A stretch of DNA of 64,000 nucleotides from a virus (taxonomy: Duplodnaviria; Caudoviricetes): positions 1-64,000 of IMG/VR virus record IMGVR_UViG_3300047160_001275. One strand, 5' to 3'. The notes beneath the pieces were generated by a model. The model had not been told where the DNA came from. It ran no database searches and worked only from the letters and a program-made list of their open reading frames with translations. Each line of letters opens with the position of its first letter. Positions within the stretch are counted from its first letter, which is position 1. A program made the position numbers and the translations under genes. This document shows positions 1 to 8,508 of this stretch, one piece after another.

Positions 1-866
1 CCTCGGCCGATCACCATTTGCTGCTTGACCCAGATGATCTGGCAACGGATGTCAAAGCCACAAGCGCGCAGAGCCGACTCGGTCACACTGGCATGCCGAC
101 CGGCATGCCAGACATAAGCGACCTCACCGGGGAACAGCCGGTAGGCGGCGCTCCAGTCGGCGCGATCATCGTTGGCCACCACACCTATAGCGCGGGCCAT
201 AACCGCCGTTCCATTGGCGCGCACAACGCGATCGCGCCAGCTGGGATCGTAATCGACCCCATACGGTGGATCGGTCACCATCAGGTGGGGCTCAACCCCG
301 CCGAGCGCCTTGGCGACATCCTCGGCCTGGGTGGAGTCGCCGCACGCCAGTCGATGGGCCCCCATGAGCCATACGTCGCCCGCTTGGCTGGCTAGGCTCT
401 CGGTCAGGACCGGAACCTCGTCGGGATCGGTGAGACCAGAAGTGGGCCCCAAGATACGGCCGATCTCGATCTGGCCGAATCCGGTTAGACTCAAATCGAA
501 CTGCATCTCCGCGAGGTCGGTGAGTTCGATCCTCAATAAGCCCAGATCCCAGCCTCCGTCCAGCGCGAGTTTGTTGTCGGCTATGAGGTAAGCGCGCTTC
601 TGCGCGGCGGTGAGCCCATCAAGCTCGATACAGGGAATTTGCCTCAAGCCCAGCTGCTTGGCCGCCAGGAGCCGCCCATGACCAGCCACGACGCCGTTAG
701 CCCCGTCCACCAGCACCGGATTGGTCCAACCAAACTCGGCAATGCTTCTAGCGATTTTGGCGACCTGTTCGGCCCCATGGGTGCGCGGATTGCTGGCGTA
801 GGGCAATAGCGCCGCAAGCGGCCGATAAGTGACGGCTAGCGGCGCGGCCGAGGATAGGGTGCGCAA
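1..866 (-). CDS. ParB-like N-terminal domain fused to DNA methyltransferase (N4/N6, DPPY); 3' part lies outside the window
   Basis: Not in ORF track; hand translation from TTG at 866 gives LLPYASNPRTH...IARSIAEFGWTNPVLVD...VAGHGRLLAAKQLG...YLIADNKLA (ParB) then HRLACGDST...MVTDPPYGVDY (MTase catalytic motif); frame stays open to position 1. Confidence 0.85.
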   Translation of the reverse strand, partial: MRTLSSAAPLAVTYRPLAALLPYASNPRTHGAEQVAKIARSIAEFGWTNPVLVDGANGVVAGHGRLLAAKQLGLRQIPCIELDGLTAAQKRAYLIADNKLALDGGWDLGLLRIELTDLAEMQFDLSLTGFGQIEIGRILGPTSGLTDPDEVPVLTESLASQAGDVWLMGAHRLACGDSTQAEDVAKALGGVEPHLMVTDPPYGVDYDPSWRDRVVRANGTAVMARAIGVVANDDRADWSAAYRLFPGEVAYVWHAGRHASVTESALRACGFDIRCQIIWVKQQMVIGR

Positions 867-1030
867 TTTCAGCTAAACCTCGCTCATCGATTCTGGTTTG
901 TTCTTTAACAGCCAGCAAATAGCCTTTGAGATGTCGCCGAGAATTTAGGCCGGGCGAGCCAACGCCCATCGGCCTTTCGCCCTTATCTCTGGTTCGGCTA
1001 AACCCGAGGCGGCGGCTTATGGCGGGGCTG

Positions 1031-1210
1031 CTAGATCCTGACGCCCAATCCAAGCGCGATCTCCTCGATCAGCGCCAACAGCCTGTTGATCTTGGGCTTG
1101 AAGTCCTCGACGTCCTGGCGCAGGGCGGAGAGGATCTCGCGGACGCCGGGCGGCGATGGCTCTTCTGGCATGGGCTCAGGGTCGGGATCGCCGTCGAATC
1201 TCAGGCTCAT
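1031..1210 (-). CDS. small hypothetical protein
   Basis: ATG at 1210 (MSLRFDGDPD...), coiled-coil-like C-terminal half. Confidence 0.5.
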   Translation of the reverse strand: MSLRFDGDPDPEPMPEEPSPPGVREILSALRQDVEDFKPKINRLLALIEEIALGLGVRI

Positions 1211-1356
1211 GCTTCGGCCATAGCTGCGCACGCTCAGGGCTTTGACCCGACCTGGGCGGGACGTCGCCGCGACTCGTCCCGGTTGGCCCCAGGGCATATG
1301 CCAGATGCTGCTGAGCGTAAAGGCATAGTCCCTAATCCCAAGTCACGCAAGCAATG

Positions 1357-1647
1357 TCACGCAAGCAGGACAATGAGCAGAAACCCGGCGACGCCCAGAG
1401 CCCATCCCATGATCCACAGGGCCCATTGGATATGGAGCAGGAGCGGCATATCGTCTCCGCCCAGATGCTTGATGATCAGCTGGAGCGCGCCGAGGCCGAT
1501 CGACGCCCAGACCAGCTGAGCCCCGCGCCACGACCGCCACGGCATCCACTCCCACAGCGGGTTGGGCTCTGGCGGGCTGAACAGCCAGGACCAGAAGCGG
1601 TCATTGAGCGAGAGCGGCGCGGGCCTTGGCCCGGCGTCGGTAGGCAT
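1357..1647 (-). CDS. small membrane protein (two hydrophobic segments)
   Basis: Trp-rich with two TM-like stretches (LVWASIGLGALQLII; WALWIMGWALGVAGFLLIVLLA). Confidence 0.5.
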   Translation of the reverse strand: MPTDAGPRPAPLSLNDRFWSWLFSPPEPNPLWEWMPWRSWRGAQLVWASIGLGALQLIIKHLGGDDMPLLLHIQWALWIMGWALGVAGFLLIVLLA

Positions 1648-2425
1648 AGGCGGTCCCCATGAAGCCGAGGAGCATCATAACCCATGTCCTTGGCTCTGGC
1701 GCCACCCCCGCTCCGGGGCCGATGCTGAAATCGATCTGCTTCACCTGATCCCAGGCATGGGCTTTGTCGGTGAAGGCGTCGATGCTGTCGACCGTCAATC
1801 CCTTGGGGAGAGCGCCGATCTCGTCGAAGCCAAACACCCCATCGTCGGCCTTGAGCTTGAGGGCGCTGAAGGTGTCGACGACGCTTGAGCCGTCCGAGAG
1901 ATTAACCTTGATGGTGAAGGACGCCGTGTCTGAATTACCCAGAGACCCGCCGCCAAGATCGGTGAACTGGCCACGAAACAGAATGCCATCAAAACCCAGA
2001 AACTTGGCCCCGAGCTTTCCGAGGACCGAGTTCGGGATGGGATCGAACTCCCAGCTTTGGAGGGCGTCGCCGACGCTTTTGACGTTGGCGAAGCCGTTGC
2101 CGTCGGTGAAGCCGGTGGCGCTGGAGGTCGCGCTGAGATCCTTGAACAGCGTGTTCTGATCGTTCGGCGTGAAGGTGTTTTTGGTCAACGAGAAATCGAT
2201 CTTCGGACCCAAAAACGTCGCCGATCCGCCTTTGTCCAAAAAGGCCTTTACGTCGTCGCCGTCGGCGGCCTGGTTGTTCGAGCTACAAGAGCCGTCATAG
2301 AAGACGAACAAGCTCGCGTCGCCTGGGACGCCGCTGTCAGCGCCATTGGCCGAGCCGCAAGTCTTGGCCGCCGCATGAAGCGGGAGGGCGGCGAGCAGAG
2401 TCGCCGCAAGAAGCATAGCGCGCAT
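1601..2425 (-). CDS. exported PEPxxWA-CTERM sorting-domain protein
   Basis: Signal peptide (MRAMLLAATLLAALPLHAAA), Gly/Ser/Asp-rich body, C-terminal APEPRTWVMMLLGFMGTAYAYRRR (PEP motif + TM + basic tail). Confidence 0.88.
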   Translation of the reverse strand: MRAMLLAATLLAALPLHAAAKTCGSANGADSGVPGDASLFVFYDGSCSSNNQAADGDDVKAFLDKGGSATFLGPKIDFSLTKNTFTPNDQNTLFKDLSATSSATGFTDGNGFANVKSVGDALQSWEFDPIPNSVLGKLGAKFLGFDGILFRGQFTDLGGGSLGNSDTASFTIKVNLSDGSSVVDTFSALKLKADDGVFGFDEIGALPKGLTVDSIDAFTDKAHAWDQVKQIDFSIGPGAGVAPEPRTWVMMLLGFMGTAYAYRRRAKARAALAQ

Positions 2426-2453
2426 GGAAATCGCCCTTTCCCGTGCGTAAGAA

Positions 2454-3188
2454 TCAGATCGCGAGGACGCGCGGCGTGCGCGCCTTACGCTTCCAGCCCA
2501 GAAGCCCCAGCAAGCCGAAGCCCAACATGCCCATCACCCATGTCCTGGGCTCAGGGATGGCGCTGGTGTTCATGGCTGACTCAAGCCCGACGATCGAACC
2601 GCCTGGCCTGATCGTGAACTCGTAGTCCAACGTCATGCTAAAGGGGCTTGAGGCGGTGAATCCGTCATGCTGCAAATTACCGTCGAAGGCGAACGGGTTG
2701 GCGCCAAAGACCGCCGATGGATTAAACAAGAGCGTCCCAGGAGCGTTGGGCGTGCCCGCCACCAGAATCCCGCCCTGACGATCGAGCGCATCCGCATGGA
2801 ACGACAGCGATCCCGATCCGCCGATGCTGTCCTCGACGGTGCCGCTTCCGCTCATGTTGATGAAATGGGTCGGCGCGGCGAATCCAGTGTCGCTGACGGT
2901 GAAGAACAGGGTTTGCGTCGCCCCGCTGGTGTTGGTGATCGTTAAGTTCGAATCGCTGAGGGTGCGCGCCCCGCTCTCCGCGAAGCTGCCCTCGACATGG
3001 AACGCGCCAATGAATTGACTCAAGACCAGCAAATTCCTCGACGGCCCGGCCAAATCACAGATTTGCCCGTCCTGACATTGCAGGCTCGACAAGCCGCTCT
3101 GAAACGCAATCGACAGCACCGCATGCGCGGGCGCGCACAATAAGCCAAGAGCCGCAGCCGAGGCCGCGCCAAGCAGTCCGTACCTCAT
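2454..3188 (-). CDS. exported PEPxxWA-CTERM sorting-domain protein (second copy of the sorting tail)
   Basis: Signal peptide (MRYGLLGAASAAALGLLCAPAHA), C-terminal IPEPRTWVMGMLGFGLLGLLGWKRK. Confidence 0.88.
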   Translation of the reverse strand: MRYGLLGAASAAALGLLCAPAHAVLSIAFQSGLSSLQCQDGQICDLAGPSRNLLVLSQFIGAFHVEGSFAESGARTLSDSNLTITNTSGATQTLFFTVSDTGFAAPTHFINMSGSGTVEDSIGGSGSLSFHADALDRQGGILVAGTPNAPGTLLFNPSAVFGANPFAFDGNLQHDGFTASSPFSMTLDYEFTIRPGGSIVGLESAMNTSAIPEPRTWVMGMLGFGLLGLLGWKRKARTPRVLAI

Positions 3189-3260
3189 CGAAATCGCCCC
3201 TTTCGTCTGGTCGAAGGACCAGCCCGAATAGTGGCAAAAATAAGTGACGGGGGCAAGACG

Positions 3261-3827
3261 CTATTTCAGCCTGGCCACCCAGTCGAGCGGGGCCTCGATC
3301 AGCCTGGGGCCGCCCAGCATCAGCACCCAGACCGCAACATAGCCGCGCTTGGTCAGCCGCAAGACCTCGGCCAGCTTGTCCTTGAGCGGACCAGCGACGA
3401 TGCGCGCCTTGGCCCCCGGCTTAACCCAGCGCGGAGCGCGATAGCGTCCGTCGCCCGCAAGCTGATCGAAATCGCCAGCCTCGGCGCGAGCCTTGAGGTC
3501 GTCCACCACCGCCCCAGGAATCGGCTCTGGCCCCTCCTCGGTCGACAGGAAGCCAAGACAGTGCGGCACCACGTCGGGCGCGTCCAGCGCCCTCCTAAAG
3601 GCCGGGAAACGACCATCGGCCCTCACCAGCACGTAACCTGGCATGGCTGGCCGGTCGACCTCGACCAGTTGGCGGGCGCGCGACGGACCGCGCCTGCGGA
3701 TGAGGCGTTTGCCGGTGGGATAATAAGCCTCGATTGAGAGATCGTCGGCGCGATCCCGAACGGAACGTTCATGCTGGGGCTCGACGGCGACGCAATACCA
3801 TCGCCCGCTCCCTATAGCCTCATCCAC
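3261..3827 (-). CDS. nusG: NusG/RfaH-family transcription antiterminator (NGN + KOW)
   Basis: RWYCVAVEPQHE, PAMPGYVLV, KOW-like VKPGAKARIVAGPLKDKLAEV; GTG start at 3827 with GGAGGAG RBS (ORF track starts at 3914). Confidence 0.85.
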   Translation of the reverse strand: MDEAIGSGRWYCVAVEPQHERSVRDRADDLSIEAYYPTGKRLIRRRGPSRARQLVEVDRPAMPGYVLVRADGRFPAFRRALDAPDVVPHCLGFLSTEEGPEPIPGAVVDDLKARAEAGDFDQLAGDGRYRAPRWVKPGAKARIVAGPLKDKLAEVLRLTKRGYVAVWVLMLGGPRLIEAPLDWVARLK

Positions 3828-3901
3828 GTCTCCTCCAGCCTGCGCCAAGGGCTTTGTACGCAGGCTTGTCCGAAGGCCGCAACCCGACAGAAATGGGTTG
3901 A

Positions 3902-3942
3902 GTGCATCGACCACTTGAACGGCGCACGGGGCGCGCTATATT
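3902..3942 (+). promoter_or_regulatory. early sigma70-type promoter with dyad operator, copy 1
   Basis: GTGCATCG-N10-CGGCGCAC straddling -35 TTGAAC (3915-3920); 16-nt spacer; -10 TATATT (3937-3942). Confidence 0.7.
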
Positions 3943-3965
3943 CACGTCATTCGAAAGGGAAGCAC

Positions 3966-4223
3966 ATGAACACAATCTTCAACGAACCGGCCGCGCACAA
4001 CGTGAGCCACATCGAGGCGGAAGCCATCCACCACGCCCGCTACCGCGAGGATCGCGGCTTCGTCAGACTCACCCTCAAGCTCTCTGGCCTGCAAGGCGAC
4101 AAGCCGGTCGAGGGCGAGTTCGACATCTACGGCCCAGCCGAGGTCGCGGAGCGGTTCCGCGCCGTCGCCGAGGCGATCAACAAGGCGTTCGACGTCCAGC
4201 CCGACGAGGAGGAGGCCGCGTAA
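3966..4223 (+). CDS. hypothetical early protein
   Basis: First gene after promoter; AGGGAAGCA leader; translationally coupled chain follows. Confidence 0.7.
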   Translation: MNTIFNEPAAHNVSHIEAEAIHHARYREDRGFVRLTLKLSGLQGDKPVEGEFDIYGPAEVAERFRAVAEAINKAFDVQPDEEEAA

Positions 4224-4396
4224 TGAGACGCCAGATCAAGAAGCCATTCAGCGAAATGTCGCGGGACGAGAAGATCCGCGAGGCGAGAGCCGCGATCGAG
4301 CGGCTGAGCCATCCGCACAATCGCTATTCGCAGGAATGCCAGGACGCCATCAAGCGCTGGCAAGAAACCTTACGCAATCTGGGAGCGACAGAATGA
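4223..4396 (+). CDS. hypothetical early protein
   Basis: TAATG overlap with upstream stop, ATGA overlap downstream (MRRQIKKPFSEM...). Confidence 0.6.
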   Translation: MRRQIKKPFSEMSRDEKIREARAAIERLSHPHNRYSQECQDAIKRWQETLRNLGATE

Positions 4397-4782
4397 CTAA
4401 GCAACCCGAACCCCTGATCTGGCTCAGCGACGCACGGGGGATCTATATCCCGCGCGATTTCGCCCAGAGCTTCGCCGCCCGCGCCAAGAACGTCAGCGGG
4501 GTCACCGATGAAGAATGGGAGATCCTTGAGGCTGGCCCCGACCACGAACTCTATTGGGACGCGTGGTCGGACGTCGAGCAGAAGGCGACCGTCACCGACG
4601 ACGATGGCCACGTCTACAACGTCTATCAGGACGGCGATGTCTGGCTGATCCCCGACGGGATGGAATGGGATGAGGAACACGACTTCTGGCGCTGGCCTGA
4701 GCCGGAACCCGACCCCGACGATGCGCGCGAACAGCGCAACGAGCGCCGCGCCTATGACCGGGAGCACCCGATCGATGACTGA
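4393..4782 (+). CDS. hypothetical acidic early protein
   Basis: ATGA coupling; MTKQPEPLIWLSDARGIYIPRDF... Confidence 0.7.
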   Translation: MTKQPEPLIWLSDARGIYIPRDFAQSFAARAKNVSGVTDEEWEILEAGPDHELYWDAWSDVEQKATVTDDDGHVYNVYQDGDVWLIPDGMEWDEEHDFWRWPEPEPDPDDAREQRNERRAYDREHPIDD

Positions 4783-5032
4783 CAACCCAAAGGAAGAACT
4801 CATCATGCGCGTCAGGAACTACGAGGAAGCCATCAATCAGGCGCAGGCGAACGCCAACCGCACCCAGACCCCGCGCTGGATCTTCCGCGACACCAACGGG
4901 GTCTGGAACGTCGAAACCCGCCCCAACGCCGCTTCCATCATTCACCGCATCGACCCGAAGCCCACGGTCGAGACCGAACGGGCGATGCGCGCCCAGTACG
5001 ACGCTTTCTCCAGCCGACCGGTGAAGAAATGA
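4775..5032 (+). CDS. hypothetical early protein
   Basis: Overlapping start; protein-like composition (RVRNYEEAINQAQ...). Confidence 0.6.
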   Translation: MTDNPKEELIMRVRNYEEAINQAQANANRTQTPRWIFRDTNGVWNVETRPNAASIIHRIDPKPTVETERAMRAQYDAFSSRPVKK

Positions 5033-5176
5033 CCGAGACCAACGTGACCCCGCCGACCGTCCACCTGAACGGCAGCGGCAAGAAGAACCTGTCGCCGCCG
5101 TCGCGTCGGTGACGAAAGACCGCGCGCCTGCGCCAACAATTTGTCATGTCAACATAAATTGAATGGAATGTAAAAA

Positions 5177-5428
5177 ATGGAAATTCGAACAGCTATCATC
5201 CTGGCGACGATCGCCGGTTTTGCCATTGTCGGAGCCAATCAGGTCAAGGGGACGCCTGACGATACCCCTGTCGCATGGATGATCCGGCATCCGAGACTGG
5301 TCTTTGTGCAACTAACCGACCCACCGCCGGGAGGACGCCAAGGCTCAACGGCGGCTTTGGATTGGACCGTCCGACATGCCGACCTCGCCTTGGAAGTCCT
5401 CTCTGATCCGCCGCCGCACACACCGTAA
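5177..5428 (+). CDS. small protein with signal peptide or N-terminal TM
   Basis: MEIRTAIILATIAGFAIVGA; AT-rich upstream region. Confidence 0.5.
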   Translation: MEIRTAIILATIAGFAIVGANQVKGTPDDTPVAWMIRHPRLVFVQLTDPPPGGRQGSTAALDWTVRHADLALEVLSDPPPHTP

Positions 5429-5492
5429 GCCGAGTCTATGACGCTGCCCACCTATGGGCCTTGATCGAGGCCCGCCAACCGGAGGAACTGAG

Positions 5493-5954
5493 ATGAGACT
5501 GACAACGACAATCGCCATCCTGGCGGCGCTGGGGACGTCCCCGGCGCTGGCGGACACCAGCCAGTGGAGCGTCGGGGCGCCGTTCAACGACCTCGCCGAC
5601 CTATTGCCCAAGGGACCAGCCCTGCACGTCGACGGCAACGGACCCGACGAGCGGGCCGACGCCCTCGAACTCATGCACGGGATCGACGGGCTGGAGAAAA
5701 GCGCCGCCAACGCCAGGGCCGATCTGGCCAAGGCCGGGAGCACCCCCTATGCCGCCCTGGCCCGCACCGACTGCGCCATCGCCCAGAAGACCGGCGCGGC
5801 CTACAGGACGGCGTTCGTCGGCTATATCAACTGGCTGAGGGCCGGGATGCCCGAACCGCGCAAGGCCCCCTACGCCAGCGACCGGTTCTTTCGCGCTGGC
5901 GACGCCCACACGCTGGCGCTCAGCCGCTGCATCAACGACGCGAAAGGGCTCTGA
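5493..5954 (+). CDS. secreted hypothetical protein
   Basis: GGAGG RBS, signal peptide MRLTTTIAILAALGTSPALA, two Cys. Confidence 0.7.
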   Translation: MRLTTTIAILAALGTSPALADTSQWSVGAPFNDLADLLPKGPALHVDGNGPDERADALELMHGIDGLEKSAANARADLAKAGSTPYAALARTDCAIAQKTGAAYRTAFVGYINWLRAGMPEPRKAPYASDRFFRAGDAHTLALSRCINDAKGL

Positions 5955-5961
5955 AAGCTTA

Positions 5962-6002
5962 GTGCGCCGTCCCCTTGAACGATGCACGGGACCGCCTATC
6001 TA
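5962..6002 (+). promoter_or_regulatory. early promoter with dyad operator, copy 2
   Basis: GTGCGCCG-N10-CGATGCAC over -35 TTGAAC (5975-5980); 16-nt spacer; -10 TATCTA. Confidence 0.7.
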
Positions 6003-6037
6003 AGGGCCATCGGAAAAATCAATAGGGAAGCAAACCG

Positions 6038-7642
6038 ATGACTGAAACACTCACCAGAAGCGCGAAGGTCCAGGTGGAGATCCGCGACCTCCTGCGCGCC
6101 AGGACCGCCCTCGTCTGGGTCAACACCCGCGAGGAGGCGCGGGCCGAGTCCTATCTCACCCAGGCGGCGATCGACGCGGGCTTCGTGCCCCGCATGTGGG
6201 ACGTCGGCGACGGAGTCACCGACCTCGCCGGAAGGCAGATCCCCAACATGGGCGGCCAGGATCTCGACGCCACCCTTCAGACCATCAAGACCCGCGCCGA
6301 TGGCGCAGCCGACCGTGGGGTGTGGATCTTGCGCGACGCGGTCCCGTGGATCACCGGAGCCATCGGTCTGGCCACCGGCCGCAGGCTCAGGAACCTCGCC
6401 AAGTACTTAGGCAACATCCCGGTCTCTCAGGCCCAGGCGATTATCGTCCTGGCCGCCAGCGGGCAGGTGCCTGACGAATTGGCTGGCCATGCGGTGGTGA
6501 TCGACTGGCCGCTGCCTGACCGCGCCGAGATCGCTCAGATCCTCGACACGGCGGTCAGCGTGCTGCCTGAGACCGACAAGCAGGGCAACCCGCTCAGGGC
6601 CAGCGCGCTTCAGAACGGCGATCGGGACGCGGCGATCGACGCCGCCGTCGGCCTGCTCGGAACCGAAGCCGAGAACACCTACGCCACCTCGCTGGTCAAG
6701 ACCAAGCGCATCGACCCCAAGCTGGTCACCGCCGAGAAGAAGCGGGTGATCGCCCGCGACAAGGTGCTGGAGTGGATCGACCCGCTCAAGGGCGGCATCA
6801 GCGCCGTCGGCGGGCTGGACGGCCTCAAGGACTGGCTCAAGGCCCGAGCCAACGCCTATTCGGCAGAGGCCCGCGCCTATGGCCTGCCTTCCCCCAAAGG
6901 GGTGTTGCTGGTCGGCATTCCAGGCTGCGGCAAGAGCTTGACCGCCAAGGCAATCGCCACGGCGTGGCAGGTGCCGCTGGTCCGGTTCGACCCCGGCGCG
7001 CTCAAGTCGAAATTCGTAGGCGAGAGCGAGGCGAACTTGCGCAAGGCGTTCAAGACCATCGAGGCTCTGGGCCGGTGCGTGGTGTGGATCGACGAGATCG
7101 AGAAGGCCCTGCAAGGGGCCACCTCTGGTTCGGCCGATGGCGGGGTCAGCGCGGACGCTCTCGGAGCGCTGCTCTCATGGATGCAGGACCGCACGTCGGA
7201 AGCGTTCGTGATCGCGACCTCGAACGACGTTAGCTCACTCCCGCCTGAGTTGCTCAGGAAAGGCAGGTTCGACGAGATTTTTTACGTCGATCTGCCGACC
7301 TCGGCCGAGCGGCGGGATATCCTCGACGCCGCGCTCAGGGAGCATGGGCGGCAGGTGCTGACCATCGGCCGGGACGAAGTGGCCGCCGCAACGGCAAACT
7401 TCACCGGCAGCGAGATCGCCAGCCTGGTGCCTGACGCCATGTATGCGGCGTTTGCCGACGGCAAGCGGCAGATCAGGACCGCAGACCTCCTGGCGGCGGC
7501 CTCGACCGTGGTGCCGCTAGCCAAGACCGCCAGCGAGAAGATCGCCAACCTGCGACGCTGGGCGATCGACGAGGGCCGCGCCAGGCCTGCGACCAAGGCG
7601 GAAACGACCGCCGCGCCGAAGCTCAGGGCGTTGGACATCTAG
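6038..7642 (+). CDS. AAA+ ATPase (Ycf46-like: degenerate N-terminal domain plus active AAA domain)
   Basis: Walker A GIPGCGKS, Walker B VVWIDEIEK, sensor TSND, LPPELLRKGRFDE Arg finger. Confidence 0.9.
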   Translation: MTETLTRSAKVQVEIRDLLRARTALVWVNTREEARAESYLTQAAIDAGFVPRMWDVGDGVTDLAGRQIPNMGGQDLDATLQTIKTRADGAADRGVWILRDAVPWITGAIGLATGRRLRNLAKYLGNIPVSQAQAIIVLAASGQVPDELAGHAVVIDWPLPDRAEIAQILDTAVSVLPETDKQGNPLRASALQNGDRDAAIDAAVGLLGTEAENTYATSLVKTKRIDPKLVTAEKKRVIARDKVLEWIDPLKGGISAVGGLDGLKDWLKARANAYSAEARAYGLPSPKGVLLVGIPGCGKSLTAKAIATAWQVPLVRFDPGALKSKFVGESEANLRKAFKTIEALGRCVVWIDEIEKALQGATSGSADGGVSADALGALLSWMQDRTSEAFVIATSNDVSSLPPELLRKGRFDEIFYVDLPTSAERRDILDAALREHGRQVLTIGRDEVAAATANFTGSEIASLVPDAMYAAFADGKRQIRTADLLAAASTVVPLAKTASEKIANLRRWAIDEGRARPATKAETTAAPKLRALDI

Positions 7643-7653
7643 GCGAGAAACCG

Positions 7654-7694
7654 GTGCGTCGTCAACTTAAACGGCGCACCGGCCGCCCTATATG
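7654..7694 (+). promoter_or_regulatory. early promoter with dyad operator, copy 3
   Basis: GTGCGTCG-N10-CGGCGCAC over -35 TTAAAC (7667-7672); 16-nt spacer; -10 TATATG. Confidence 0.7.
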
Positions 7695-7740
7695 ATGGTT
7701 CAGCGGGGCCAGACCGGCCCCAAGCAAAAGGGAAGCAAAA

Positions 7741-8508
7741 ATGAAACACTCAACGATTAGGCCCGGCCTGCTGGTCTCGCTGAAGACCAGCATCAATGGC
7801 GGGATCAAGTACAGCAAAACCGTGATCGATCGGAAGACCCGCAACGAGGACGGCTCGGAGACCGAGACCTGGGAAACCGAGCGGGTGACCGAGGACGCGG
7901 ACGAATACGCCCGCATGCAGAAAGCCCGCACCCTCGCCGCCGGGACGATCCGGCGCGTGGCCAAGACGACGGCCTTCGGCCTCTTGGCGCCGGAAGCAGA
8001 CAGCGATCTCTTGGACGCCGCGATCGTGAAGGCCCGCGAGATCACCTCGGCCGCCAACGCCGCCGCTCAGTACAGCCGCCTCAGCGTCTACGTGCTGGTC
8101 GGCAAGGTGGCGAGCGACGACGTCGAGGCCCAGCGCGCGATAAACAGCGAGTTGCGCGATTTGATGGCGCTGATGGAGCGCGGGATCTCTGAGGTCGACG
8201 TCAAGAAGATCCGCGACGCCGCTGACAAGGCGCGCGAGATCGGCGCGATGCTCAGCCCTGAAGCCGCTGGGCGGGTGCAGGTGGCGGTCGACGCCGCCCG
8301 CGAGGTCGCCAAGCGGATCGTCAAGGCGGGCCAGAACGCCGCGCAGGAGATCGACAAGTCCACCCTGCGCCGGATCGCCGAGATGCGGTTCAGCTTCCTC
8401 GACACCGAGGAGGCTCAGGACGTCGGGCAGGTCGCGGCCTCGACAGGGCGCGAATTGGACTTCGGCGACGGGGAGGCTTCGGCCTCCTCGACCACGGGAG
8501 CGCTCTAA
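7741..8508 (+). CDS. helical hypothetical protein linked to the AAA ATPase
   Basis: 255-aa ORF, AGGGAAGCA leader, coiled-coil-like, coupled to next gene. Confidence 0.75.
   Translation: MKHSTIRPGLLVSLKTSINGGIKYSKTVIDRKTRNEDGSETETWETERVTEDADEYARMQKARTLAAGTIRRVAKTTAFGLLAPEADSDLLDAAIVKAREITSAANAAAQYSRLSVYVLVGKVASDDVEAQRAINSELRDLMALMERGISEVDVKKIRDAADKAREIGAMLSPEAAGRVQVAVDAAREVAKRIVKAGQNAAQEIDKSTLRRIAEMRFSFLDTEEAQDVGQVAASTGRELDFGDGEASASSTTGAL

Noticed and set aside
1342-1367. 12-bp tandem repeat GTCACGCAAGCA
   Set aside because: Two copies only, overlapping a stop codon; no further support for a function
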